DNA of 64,000 bases, taken from Raillietiella orientalis. Lineage: Eukaryota. The position numbers were made by a program, and so were the translations under genes. The DNA is taken from positions 1,364,001-1,428,000 of the forward strand of contig JAYWIR010000010.1 of NCBI GenBank assembly GCA_036172245.1. Direction: 5' to 3'. The notes under the pieces are model-generated. The model was not told where the DNA came from and ran no database searches. It saw only the letters and a list, made by a program, of their open reading frames with translations. Below are positions 52,020 to 64,000 of the stretch, one piece after another (position 1 is the first letter of the stretch; each line of letters starts with the position of its first letter).

Positions 52020-52790
52020 GTGGAACACCTGACTTCTGGTACGGGGACGACGTCCCTGGCACTCCGAGAAGGCAGCCGGTAGGGCTCGCTCTTCCCCTTA
52101 GCTGGCCCCCCAAGCTGCCCGCGGTACTGCGGCGCTCCCTGATGAAGAGGCCACTACCTTCCAGAGGCGCTGAGGCAGCAGAAGGCTCACGGAACCTTGG
52201 CGCAGCAATCTCCGCATTCCCGCGGATCACCGTGGCGACGGAGAGGTGCTCTGCGGGCAGGGAGTTGGCCTGGAAGGTCTCCTTGGGACGCGAGGACTTC
52301 ATCTGCCCGACTCTCCAGCATTGGCTCGTCCTCTTCGCCTTTTGCTTCGCCCTCCTCTTTTGGTCTTCCGGACCCAGCCAGAGACGCATTGATCGGAGTC
52401 CCCGGACTCTAGCCTGCCCTCAGACCAATCTTTCCCGCCCTCAGACTCCTCTCGAGTCGTTACGGTGTCTTACTGCCAGCCTTCGACGGCACTTCCGGCG
52501 TCCTCTGAAAGTAGCTTCTCCCTCTCTTCCTCCCCCCCCCCCCTCTCATCATCCACTCGTTCCTCTTGGCGCTCCCGCTGCTCCTCAGCTGAGCTAACCT
52601 GCAGGATCGAGTCCTGAGTCGCATGGTTGTATTCTCAGTCCTCTCGTGGCCACTGCAGCGCCAGCCCTTTTCCGGACTGGGATCTCCACTCCTTTCCTGC
52701 TTTTCGGCCGCATGCTGCCACCTCGGCTTCCGAGACGGACAACTTGGCCTCAGCAGATCGTGCGGGGTTCCCCGAGCAGCGGCGACTTTC
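52020..52790 (-). mobile_element. RTE-like non-LTR ORF2 relic (APE end and linker)
   Basis: GDSDQ (cf. SDH) followed by KRRAKQKAKRTSQCWRVGQMKSSRPKETFQ...NAEIAAPRFRE, typical of the post-endonuclease linker. A second copy of 52020-52200 lies inverted at 54155-54335. Clade is tentative. Confidence 0.45.
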
Positions 52791-52799
52791 TCTCTCCGG

Positions 52800-53739
52800 G
52801 CCCGCGTCGGAGGCCTTGTGGTTAAGGCTTCCGCGTGTGGCACCATGCGTCGCGGGTTCGAATACTTCGGCTGAAACTCTGACGCCACTGCGTCGTCGAG
52901 TTCCGAGTTTCTCCTGCAATGGCGCTGGTTGGTCGAGACATTCGGGCATGGCACCGGCGGTGGATTAAGCCGGAGGCTTCCGATGAAGACCGGAACAATG
53001 GAAGTCGACCTTCGAGCCCTTCCAGGAATCAAGGAGTGAGGAGTTCCCCCTCCGGTCGTACAACGGAAAGCGGACCCCCCACACCGGGGAGTACCCCTCC
53101 GGTTTCAAGATGGAGCAGGAGCCCTCACGGGCACCTCTCCAGTGGTTCAAAAGAGCGGACCCTCCCCGTTGCGGGGGGGGACCCTCTGAGTCGCCGCCTC
53201 TTCACAGAGTGCAAGGAAGCAAGCGAGAGTGATTCCCCTGCGCGAAGCTGCAGAGCCCCTTCTCAGTTTCGGGAGCGTCCCTTCGGGGTTCTCTTCAGAG
53301 GAGTGAACAGGAGCGGTTCCCTTGCGGGTTCTCTCCGGAGAAGAAATTCCTACAAGCGGATCCTTTCCGGGTTGCCTTCGGAGAAGTTGAAATGAAGTTG
53401 AAATGGAGAGAACAGCCCCTCCCCATTGGGGGGGAGTCCCTCCGGAGAGAATGAGGAAGGAGATTCCCTTCGGGGTTCCCCTTCGGAGACAACCAGGGTG
53501 GGAGGTGCGATCCCTCCCCAAGCGTGAGAGGAACGGACTCCGAACCCTCCCTGGATTCATAGGGCGGACTCCCATCCCGGGGTGCCTCCTATCCTGAAGA
53601 ATTACACGCATCCCTGCGGGTTGTTGCGGGCGGAGGGGCGTGGAAACAAAATAGTGTGTTTAATGTTTAAAAAGGAGCCACGTGCGCCGCGAGGCACGCG
53701 ACCGGTTCTGAGGTACTTAGCGAACCAAAAAAAAGAAAA
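52800..53739 (+). mobile_element. tRNA-derived SINE, apparently full-length copy 2 with target-site duplication
   Basis: Head gcccgcgtcggaggccttgtggttaagg...gcgggttcgaat (A and B boxes); 3' hairpins, then gaaccaaaaaaaagaaaa; flanked by ctctccgggccc at 52792-52803 and 53740-53751. Confidence 0.82.
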
Positions 53740-54154
53740 CTCTCCGGGCCCTTCGGTGATGGGCTCAGAAGTCGAGTTCCTCTCTGGGCTCTGGACTGAA
53801 GGCGACCCGCTCTCCCTCGTGGGCGGAACTCCTTCGCGGCAGAGCTCTCAGGAAGGGGAGAGGAGCGAGCGAGGGGATTCCAGTCCACCTGAGGGACCTC
53901 CGCTCTGGCAGAGAGCCGTTCTGGAGCGCCAAGGGCTCTCCCGCAGGTTGGTCTGCCGAGTTCTTCCGCCTCCCGCCCATCTATCCAGCTGGCTCCTTTC
54001 TTTCGGGAAGATGGAAGGAAGGAGTAGGAACTTGAGATGTACCATCCGAGGGGGAGGGGGAGGAGATCTTCTCGCTCCTCCTGATCTGCCAGTGCCGAGA
54101 AGTGCTTACTCGAGTCCGGTTGCCCCGGGGGCAGCAACTTTCCTGAAAATGCTC

Positions 54155-54335
54155 AGTCGAGGCTCCGCGCTCCCGCTGCTTCCGCAGCGCCTTTGGAAGG
54201 CAGTGGCCTCGCCAGCAGAGAGCGTCGCAGCACCGCGGGCATATTGAGGTGCCAGCTAAGAGCAAGGGCGAGCCCTACCCGCTGCCTCCTCGGGGTGCCA
54301 GGGACGTCGTCACCGTCCCGGAAGTCAGGTGTTCC
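54155..54335 (+). mobile_element. Inverted second copy of the 52020-52200 LINE-like fragment
   Basis: The reverse complement aligns closely with 52020-52200 (ggaacacctgacttc..gg.gacgacgtccctggcac.ccgag.aggcagc.ggtagggctcgc...). Confidence 0.8.
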
Positions 54336-57300
54336 TGTATTCCTGGGCGGAGAACGGCTCGCACACAAGGGGAATAAAAAGAATGGGAGTCTCTGGGTCG
54401 AGAGCGAGGGAGACGTTGCTGGGGAATAACCTGTTCAATGGCAATGGGCGGAAAGAGGGAGAGGCAAACAGGAAAAGAAGCCACGAGGAGCGGTGGTCGG
54501 GTCCAGGAGCCGGCCCCTGAGAAGCAAGTCTCTTCGTCTCAGTCCAGATGCGGGGGAGGCTCTCTTGTGCACGAGTGGGAGGGCAGCCACTCTTCCTGTG
54601 TTCCCCTGCGTTCGTCTCAGGGCACCTCCGGAGAGAGGCGCTTCTCGCAACGCCTCCCCTTCTTCGCTCCCTGAGGGTGAGGGATGATCCCCTCCTCCGA
54701 GCTGCTCCCGAAGCTTCTGGAACGCGCTTTGTGATGACCGCGTTCGCCGCCTTTCTCCCTCGGGAACAATGGGAGGGGCGATCGGATCCCGGAATCGCTC
54801 AGGGGTCTCTGGGAACGACCGGCGCAGGCGCCTCCACGCGGTTCGCGAGGAGCAGCTACCACCGCTTCCTCTCTCTTCGACCCCTTTTCGGAACCCCCGC
54901 TACCCTGGGTTGCCACTGAGAGGACTGCGCCCTAAAAGGTAGGCGGGATGTCCGCTTCCGAAAATAACAACAACAACAACAGCGAAAAGAGGGGAAAAAA
55001 AGAAATGAGAGAGAAAGGAAGGAAGAGACAAAGAGCTCCCCTGAGGAACCTCCCGCAGGCCAACTCAGCGTGCGGCGCGGCGAGCTCATCGTTGTCCTCG
55101 TTCCCAGAGAGACTCCCGGGGAGGGAGGGCCAATGAGAGAAGAGTTTCCCGGGTGACGCACATACGCTTTGCTGGGACCAGCTGCTTGGAGCTCGGGAGA
55201 CGATCGCTTGTCCAGCGCCGGTTGCTCACGGTTGCAGCTTCATGGGACGGCAGCTCGACTCATCACGGGAGGGAGACATCCCTCGGGAATGCCTAGGCAC
55301 TCTCTCGGGAGCAGTTCCGCTTCCGGTTCTCGTAGGCGCCCCATCGGTGCGAACAGCGATACTGCCTTGGGTCCCGTTCTGTGGAACCGCGGGAGAGGTC
55401 TTCCTGGAGGAAGAACAAGAACTGCTTCCAGTCGCTCTGCGCCCACCGACCACGCTAATTTCTCTTCCCAACTGCTCATGTTCTTCGGCGCCAGTCTTTC
55501 CGCCGCCGCTGTTGGACTTGTTCTCGCTCTCTGGTTGCCCTCCGGAGACAATGGAAAAGAAAGAAAAGAAAAAACGAACAACGAGAAAGAGGAGCAAGGA
55601 GGAGGAGGGGGAGGATAACACAGCCTTCGGAAACCAGGGGATTACCAGGAAAGCCGTGTGAGGTCGGGGAAATGGGGGAAGGGACACGAGAACTGGTGGT
55701 CACGGCTGCTCGAGGGAGCAACGCGGGTGTTGCATCCTTGGTCAGCTTGGGTATTTCGGACGACCGCAAAAGCTGCTTCCCTACAAGCGAAAAGGTAGGG
55801 ACGCTCTCCCCGTCGAGACACCTGAATGGAGAGACTACCGAGGGGGTGCGGGCAATGCGTCCGGGGAAAGCGCCGGCTCGTCTCCCTCCAAGAGAGGGGC
55901 AGTGAGGAGAGCGTAGAGGCGAGAACATCACGGCGGCGATGGGAAAAACATGTACATGAAATAACAACGGCACGCAAGCAACAAGGACGATCAGGCACGA
56001 TCAAGCGTATGGCTGACAGTCGAGCACGCCAACATCGACGACCGAGAGCATGACTGTGACGATCGAGAGAGCCAACACTGACGAATGCACAGCTAAAAAT
56101 GATAGAAAGGACAACCAGACTCGATAATGAACTTCAATAGGTGAGAGAAAGAGCGGCGACGATCGATCAAGCGCTGAGACAGCATCGGCCCAGCGACTGA
56201 TCTCACCTCCGTGAGATGCGGAAGCAGCGGTGGCAGATGCTGATGTGGTGATCCTACCTCGCCTGTGAGCAGTACAAGGACCCTCTTGAGCCCTTGCTCT
56301 CAATCGTAGGCGTTCTCTCTCCCCTCTCACCGAGCCCCTTCGCGTCCTCTTCCCGGGTCCGAGAGGCACCCTTTCTCCTCGAGGGAAGGGTGACGCTGAG
56401 GCCCCGTCAATCCTTTCGCGCGCGCGCCTTCGCTGAAGTTCGGGTGGGAGTCGGCATGGCAACCGCAGCCGCCTCGCGCGCTCTGCACGAGCCGGTCCCG
56501 CGGTGGTCCTGAAAACACCCCTCCCACCTCCATCATCTTGCCGTACTCCTCCTCAGTGCGAAAAGAGAGCGTCCTGGAACTCCTCCTGTCGGTAGATCAG
56601 TCCCGGATGATAGGGGAAGGATCGTTCCGAGGCGGTTCGTCTGAACCGGAAGCCAATGCCCCCGACGCCACCTTCTGGAGGACAGCATTGACTGCGCGCC
56701 CTCCCCCGCCCCTTCTTCTTGTGGAGAGGAAGTGTCGGAGGCGGAGGACTCCCCCAAACGACTGGCCTCCCAGAGGAGCGAGGAGGGCTGAAAAGGAGGA
56801 AGAAAGGGGAGAGGGAACAAAGAAGAGGAGCATCCAAAGAGAAAGATGCTGGAGTCTTGCAACTTCCCATGAAAGTCTCGCGCTTTGGGAGAAAATGTAG
56901 AGAGCTCATCGAGGGTCTTCCCCGAAAATAGGTGACGAGAAAAAGGGGGAGGGGAGTCAGGAATGGATACGCCAGGGCCGAAGATGAGAGGCGAAGAGGA
57001 GGAGAAGGAGGAAGGAGAAAACAAAATCCCCCGGTTCGATCTTCGATTTTATTTCCGCTCTTCATCTCGACCTTCATCTCGGGCTCCTGTGACCTTTGCG
57101 GGTCGAGCGGGCTATGAAAGGGGCGCGACGAATCCTCATCTGCGCCAGCCTCGGAGGATGATACCACGCCGCCTAGAGGAGGCTCGCCATCTCGGAAGGA
57201 GCACTCCAGAGGAACAGGAGGAGGAGCTAGGTGCCCCGCTGCCCGAGCGACTCTTCCCGGAGGAAGAGAGTCGTGGGAGAGGGCGCGAGCGCTTGCGACG

Positions 57301-57521
57301 ACGCTCATGGCGAAGAGCCGGCGGGGATCCCGACCGCCGCCGAGACGCTTCATCTGAAGCACCCGACTGGGTGCGCTGCGAAGCTTCCTGCGCCACCATT
57401 CCCGCAGGGGAGGGTCGCGGGAAGCGCGGAGGCGGGGAAGGGACGCTGCCACACCGCGTCTTCCGCTCCAGGCCCCGCGGCGCCCTCAGTCTTGAGGGAG
57501 GCGGATAGGTGTGCGCGAGGG

Positions 57522-60500
57522 TCACAGGTCGTTGGACTTGTACATGTCGCAGAGGAGTCTGTCGATCGACATGCTGCCGATGGTCTTCTTGAAGAAGAGG
57601 TCCTTGATGGTCGCCGAAGAAACGGACTGGAGCGTGGGCAGCATCAGCAGGAGCTTGCCAAAGCGGAACGGCTGCGCTGGGTAGGCGGAGCCGATGTACT
57701 TGCTGAGAGTCAGCTGCGCCTGGTCCTGGAGCGCACCCACCCCTGCGACGTCGCTCAGTCCCCGCATCTCGGCCGATCCGGAAGCGAACACTGGAACACA
57801 GCGTGCCAACGGCGTGAGACGGGGGAGGGGAGAGAGAAGCAAGGACGGGGAGGGGGAGAGGTGTCTGGAAGGGAGGGAGAGCGGAGAAAGAAGAGGAGGA
57901 GGAGGAGGAAGAAGAAAACAAGAGGAAGAGGTAGGAACGGTGGTGGAGGAGTGACTTTCTTCTTCATCCCGGATGGAGAGAAGCACTCCGTGTGAGGTAC
58001 GGTGCGCACCACCACCATCAGAGTCGCCACCAAAGCGGCCACCGCCTTGCTCGCTCGCTGCGTGCTCCCTGTGCGGCGGCTGGCATGCCGAAACGACGCT
58101 CCCGGCCTGGCCCGCAGTTCGACTGTCGCGCGCGCCCAATCGCCGCGGTCGACGCAGCTGCTCCGCGCCCGCCCAATGGGATCCGCTCCCGGCGCTTTGT
58201 TTCCCCGAGTGAGGAGAGTCGGGGAAGGAGAAGGAGGGAAGCCAGGCGATGGTTCGCCTCTCCCTTTTCCCTCTCTGCCAGCCTCCCCGTTCCTCCCTCC
58301 CGGGGCGGAGGCAGCAGGCGGCGTGCTAATATCCTTCCTCTCCCTTCCTCCCCTTCTTTCGGCGGCAGCGAAGCCATGGAAGGGAGGGAGGGGAGTGACA
58401 TGCACTCCTCCGGGAGTGCCTCGCGGCCATCTCCTACTGCAGTCTGCTTGCCTGACACCACAGGAGGTGCCCGTCTTTGCGGGCTTCCGCCTCCCCGATG
58501 ACGAAATTCCCGACAGACCCTCCAGAACGCCGCCGATCCGCTCGGGGTGACCAATGGACGTACCGTGTGGCCCAGGGTGGGGCAGGACTGAGGCGTTTTC
58601 CCTCTGAATCATCCGTAAGTTCTCGGTGATCTTCTCCGAGAAACACCGTTCATCTCTCCGAAACCGTTCCCTTTTTCTCCTGGAGATCTGATCCTCCAGG
58701 AGAGGGAGCGATTCCTCTTCTCCCTCCCCCTCTCCACCTTCCTTCCTAGGAAGACGACTGAAAGCCGACGGCCACCCAGTCTTCCGCACTCCTCTATCCC
58801 GCTTTTTCCGCACCCCCCTCTCGTCTTCGTCGGGATGAGGAGAAGAGGGAGGAGGGAGGAGGCTCAACAGTGCTGCCGCCGTCAACAGGCAGCCCTCGGC
58901 GTGTGACGTCATGGAAATCCCGCCGCGCGACCAGCGGGCGAGAAGGATCTCCAGCAGAGGCGTATCCCTGCGCTTCCGGCTGCATCCAAGCTTCGCACCA
59001 TGGCAACGGGGCGTGCTGCTTGCCCCACTCTTCCCACCTCCTGAGCCACCCTCGCTACCGTGGCAACGTTGGGCAGGAAGCGAAGCTCTTGACTGCATGC
59101 CGCGCGCATCGCCGCGCTACCCCATCCTATTGGCCCTTCGGGAGCTGACATCACCGGCGTCAGAGGGAGAAGGAAATGGGCTCTCCCTGGCTTCTGCCGT
59201 GGCTACCGCTAAGCCTCCTCTCTCTTACCTGAGGACTCGCAATGCTTCGTTTCCTGGGAGACAGGGATGGGACTCTGGAGGAAGTCAGTCGCCGCGGCAA
59301 GGCAAACAAGAGAGGAGGGTCAGCACCTTCCTCTCTTCTTTGAACTTTGTCGGTCGGATGAGCAGCAAAGGCCGGAAGGTCCCTTGGCCCTCCTCTCCAT
59401 CCTCTCGTTCCATCCCCTTCGAGGTTTCTCGGCGGAGACCCGACGTTTCTCGGGAGCTTTCTCAGGGCAAACAATCAAAGAAGGGAATATTCGAGGAAGC
59501 TCCGAAACGGTCCAAGGAAAAAGGCAGGGAAGGGTAGGGCAACCCCGCTACGGCCCGCTCTCCAAACCTTGGGCGGAGGGGTCTCTCGCGGATGGCCGCC
59601 TCTTGAACTCGAGAAGGGCGAGCTCCCTCGTACGCACCGCGGCGCCCCAGCGGCGCATGCGCACGTGGTGGCGAGTGAGGCAGGGGCTTCGCGCATTTCA
59701 TTCAATCGATCTTGGTCTTCCGACTTTCGTGGGGACACCATCTTCTCCGTGGAGGGAACACGGGGGCGAAGAGTCGACCCTCACGACCCTGGTCGCCGTC
59801 AGTTCCCCTTCCGCCGACCCGGAGCGCAAAGTTCCGCTTCCCGTGGCGACCACGACTCTCTCCAGAGAAATCTGGGAGGAAGAAGGAGTGCTCCTCGTTT
59901 GGGGCGTAGATTCGTCTGGTGAGCTCCCAGACAGTCCGGAAAGCGGAGAGAGTGAAGCAGGAGCGGATGGGCAGAAGGGAAGCCAAGAGACCAGACGGGG
60001 GAAGGGAGGGAGGAAGTTGTGCCGCTCCCCGTGCCACGACCCCCGCGAGCCTTTCCCGTTGCTCTCTCCCGGACGCCGAACGTTCCCGGAATCCCCACGG
60101 CTCACCCGTTGCAGTCCAGGGAATGCCCCGGGATTAAGGCACGACATCTCCCCCCCTCCCTTGTGCCCGTTGCAGGAGGGAGGAGCTGCTAGGGGAGAGC
60201 AACGCGCCTGCAAGGCTCCCATGACTGTCATCATCTCCTCCACTTCATCCTCCTCCTCCTCTTATGCCGCATCTCTTGGCCCGGGAACTCGCGGTCGGGA
60301 GATGCAGAGTCGCTGCTGTTACTGTGCCGCTCGTCGCAAGGGCGACCTCGCACAGCCGGCTCTCTCGGGGCGCTGTCACCCTCGCTGCCAGGAGGGAGCT
60401 GCGCTCTTCACTGAAGTCTCCCGTGAGCGCCCTTCCGGATGACTTTCCAGGAACGCAAAGGACGAGGGCGCCGCCACAGAGAGTTTCCCTCAGGACCTCC

Positions 60501-62969
60501 GAGGCTGACGCTCCTTGATGGACGTTTCGGCGGCGCCACTGTTTGCTGGGGGAAAAGGGAGGGGGGAGGGGGGCAGATTAGAAGTCATCGATATGCCACC
60601 GAGTCTGCCCTTCTCGCGCACGGCCCCGACACCCCTTCCAGAGGGGTGTTAGGGCCGAGGCGCTCTCTCTCCTGATGGGGCGGATGCGGACGCCGCGACC
60701 GACCGGAGAGCATTCCCGTGTCTTCTGCGGCAGCCGCCTGCGCGGGGAGGAGGCAGTAGCGAACGCAAAGGAGGCGCTCCTTGCGCCCGCTGGCAACGAA
60801 GGCAACGGTGGTGACGGTCGTTATCTGCCGTCAGGGCGGGCGCGCACAACCCCTATCGCTTCCGGTTTCGATTCCAAGAGGGGAAGGGGGACATCGAGAA
60901 GGGAAGCCGGCCGCGCGTCCGTACAGAAGGCGATCTCGAAGAGTGGTAGGAAAGGGTGAAGACAGCGGATGAGGAAGAGGGGAAAGGGAAGATGCCGATG
61001 AGAAGGAGCAGAAGATGAAGAGGGAGAAGTGAGAAAAAGGAGAAGCAGAAAGCAAGGAGACGATGACGGTGAGGAGTAAGAGGCGATTCCGGTGGTGAGG
61101 AGGAGGAGATCAGGAAGGTAACGATGACAACAGTGACAACGATGATGTGGATCAGGATTGGAAAGCATAAGGGAGAGAAAGGGGTGAAGAGGCGCGTTTC
61201 CACCTGTTGACTGAGCCGCAAATCTCAGGTGGACGCTCGCGTGTTCGTTTCCCCGCTGTCCTTTCCTCCCTGAACTTCTCCTTCCCTTTATTTCCCGGCA
61301 CAGAAGGATCGGCTCAGGGATGGAGGACGGAAAACCATGCCCTTTGGCCACTGCGGATGTCCGGTGTCGCTATCGCCGCCAGCATTGTTCCTTTTTTTTT
61401 TTTTTTTTTTCATTGGTTTCTTTTCTCTGATCCCCTTGCCCCTGCGGCAGGATTGGGGGGGAGGGAGGGAGAGGAGGAAGAGGATAGGGGATGCACCCAC
61501 CCACCTGTCTTGAAGAGGACGATGGCGCGCAGGCAGGCGTACTCGGTGGGGTCCACCTGCATCTGTCTGAGCTTGCCGACCAGGTCGTGGAAGAGGCGCA
61601 CCTCGCTCATCACCTGCAGCACCTTCTCCGACGACTCTGCCTGGTTCTGCCCCAGGGCGTACAGCAGCGGACCCATCTCCACAGGGATCATGAACTGGGC
61701 GGCGCTCAGAATGAAGAGCTCCCTCCAGCCCTCTTCCAGCAGGAGCAGCTGCTCGGAGAGAAAAGGAGAACAAATGAAGTGTAAGCCAGTGGGGAAGGTC
61801 CACGACCCACGGTGGGACACGGGAACGCGGAGAGGGCAGCGGTGACTTAGCCGCTGCTTCGACGACGGTGCCAGACGGGCCGGGCTCCTCGCACGATTCT
61901 GCGGGAGCATAAAATGGAGGGCGGCCGGCGTCGCTAGGGAGCGAGGGCGCGGCGCCCGGACTCGGTGAAAAGGTATGAGCCGGCCGATACCACGCGGGGG
62001 GAGGTGGACGTTGCCTTTCCGAAAAAAACTCGACGAGTCCCTTTCGGTCGGACGGGAAGGACAGGGGACTCACGGGGCAGAAGGATCTTTGCAGCCCTCC
62101 GAATACCCGGATTCGAGGGATAAGGAGAGTAGGGTATTTGTTCTTCCCAGCCCCCACCAGTAGGTCTCCCCTTCGATGGAAAGCATGCGAGAAAACGAGG
62201 GTGCTGCTGCTATCGTCACGCGGGTGGGATGGGTAGGCAGGAAACTGTCCTGGGACTTTCCCTCCCCTTCCCTTTGCTCTGATCCTCCCTTCCCTTCCCT
62301 TCCCTGCCCATCACGCCCTCTGGAGGGCACCTGCACCGACCTGGTCTCGGAAGGGAAGGCTGGTGAACGAAGAGACGCTCTTAGCCCACTTGACGTTGAC
62401 GAAGAGCAGCCTAGCTGCCGACTCGCACAGGGACTCCATGACGAACTGGGGCATCATCAGGGCACCGGGATACTGCACCGTGAAAAGGGTTGGAGGAAGG
62501 TCAGAGGTCGAGTCCTGCTCTTGCTGTTCCCCTCCCGTTCGCTAGACCAACCTTCGGCAAGGGCATCAGCAGCCTCGTGGGAGATCCCACGCCGGACTTG
62601 GCCAGCGTCTCCGCGGTGGGACTCTCCTCGAGCTTGGAGGCCCCCAGGGAGGAGGAGGTCGTAGTCAGCACGGCTTCGGCGGGAGGACGCTCGGCGACTT
62701 CCCTGTTCCTCATGAAGAGGGAAGACATCTGCTTCCTCAGGGTGGAGTTCCTGGGTCCCCTCTCGTGCTGGACTGCTGCTCCCCGTCGGGACGGTGAAAG
62801 CAAACGCTCCTCGGGGACGGAAGCAGCACCCACCTTCCCTGTTCATCCCGGCCTCCACACACTTCTTCAGTCGGCAGGCGCGGCACTGGTTGCGGTGCGT
62901 CTTGTCAATCTTGCAGTCTTGTGGGCTCTTGACCTTGCAGGAGTACTGCCTGTTGCGCCGGATGGACCT
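57522..62969 (-). CDS. tll: Tailless / TLX nuclear receptor (NR2E1/NR2E2), 5'-partial
   Basis: Exons 62969-62834, 62775-62552, 62472-62341, 61748-61505 and 57790-57522 (phase-consistent). Second zinc finger [12 protein letters not shown]...[21 protein letters not shown] box [54 protein letters not shown] and [18 protein letters not shown]. The first zinc-finger exon is not found in the window. Confidence 0.93.
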
Positions 62970-63042
62970 CTGGAAAGCGGAGGGACCCTACTCTAAGACT
63001 CGCGCGTCCTCCCGGGAGGGCGGAGGTCAAAGGGCCTGGAAG

Positions 63043-63090
63043 GGGAGGAGGAGGAGGAGGAGGAGGAGGAGGAGGAGGAGGAGGAGGAGG
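63043..63090. repeat. (GGA)n microsatellite in a tailless intron
   Basis: Uninterrupted ggaggagga run. Confidence 0.95.
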
Positions 63091-64000
63091 AACGGCTGGG
63101 AACGTGGAAGGGAGAGAGGGAGACGACCGCCGCCGAGGACCGAAGAGATCAGGCAGACCGACCTTCCTGCGCACGCGACGCTGCAGCGGGGGGAGGGGAA
63201 GTCTCGTTCCTGTCCTCCACCCTTGCCGACGGCAACGTCCTCGCAGCCCCCCCGGCTGCCCGCCCTTTCCTCCTCGCTGCCTGTGGGACTCCTGCGGGAG
63301 CGGAACGCCGGGACCAGGATGAAGAGGAGGAGAAAGACGAAATCCCGGAGGACCCCAGGAGACGCCCTTTCGGATGCCCGGTTCCGGAAAGAGGGGTGAT
63401 CCGGTTCCCTCCCTTCCCTTCCTTCCTCTAGGAAGGGAGGGAGGACGGGACTTGCACCGAGAAGGACCTAGTGCATTCCTCCGGGAAGTCGGGAGTGAGA
63501 AGAGAAAGGAGGTGGAGTGATCATCGTCCCTTCCCACGTCATATCCCTTTGCCGGTGACCAATTTGCTCCCTCCCCTTAGAAAATACCCTCAGGACGGCG
63601 AAACCTTGCTGTAGGAGAGCTGCAGCACTGCTGTTGCGTCCCAAGAAGGAAGGAAGGAGGGATCCCTTCCCATTTCCGTGGCAACTAAAGCTGTAGAGGC
63701 GGAGACGCAGTGCATGACCCCCCTTTTCAATCTCCTGCCATCCGTCTGTTGCATCGGATGGACCCCCAGGGGAGCAAGCGGGGATACGCGCGCATCTCTG
63801 TCATCTTTCCCCATCCCTTCCCCGTGCAGCCTCCTCTTATGCGTCATGGGGGCTCAGACGCCAACCGACTCTCGGGAGACTCCCGGTTTGGCTGGATGGT
63901 CGCCTCCCGGAGGCAGCGAGCATCTTACAAGGAAGCGAAGGGAACCAGGGGAGCGAAGGAACGAGCAGCTGCTGGAGCAGGGAGGGATAACCTCCGACTC

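Noticed and set aside
52800..52880. tRNA gene
   Set aside because: A and B boxes are present but there is no proper acceptor stem or cloverleaf; this is the head of a SINE with body, tail and TSD.
39400..57500. Many long overlapping ORFs (150-300 aa) in the GC-rich region
   Set aside because: They occur in all six frames, are Arg/Pro/Ser/Gly-rich low-complexity translations of purine/pyrimidine tracts, and carry no recognisable domains; expected from stop-codon scarcity.
57755..60442. ORFs of 447 aa (57755-59098, -) and 391 aa (59267-60442, +)
   Set aside because: They lie essentially within the 3.7-kb last tailless intron, are compositionally biased and have no protein motifs.

Overview
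Eukaryotic, most likely arthropod, genomic DNA: it has spliceosomal GT-AG introns, a Rebers-Riddiford cuticle protein and decayed retro/DNA transposons. Five host genes can be reconstructed by hand: (1) a complete 12-exon gephyrin/cinnamon molybdenum-cofactor gene on the minus strand (9795-24654, 621 aa, all intron phases consistent); (2) a 6-exon SLC35B2/slalom PAPS transporter on plus (25374-26836); (3) an intronless TMEM216-family gene on minus (27180-27587); (4) a Cpr97Ea-like chitin-binding cuticular protein on minus (35915 to at least 38160); (5) a tailless/TLX (NR2E) nuclear receptor on minus (57522-62969, first zinc finger lies beyond the window). An unidentified spliced plus-strand gene may lie at about 28.1-31.9 kb. 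Intergenic and long intronic space holds relics of L1/Tx1, I-like, RLE-type and RTE-like non-LTR elements and Tigger/pogo DNA transposons. It also holds three copies of a tRNA-derived SINE I do not recognise, one with a 12-bp target-site duplication. The most notable observations are that SINE family, a near-palindrome giving back-to-back splice donors on opposite strands at the gephyrin/SLC35B2 heads, very small (41-62 nt) introns often lacking polypyrimidine tracts, and a marked AT-rich to GC/purine-tract-rich transition near 39 kb. No prokaryotic-type system (CRISPR, operon, rRNA) is visible. All assignments are by eye; no database searches were run.
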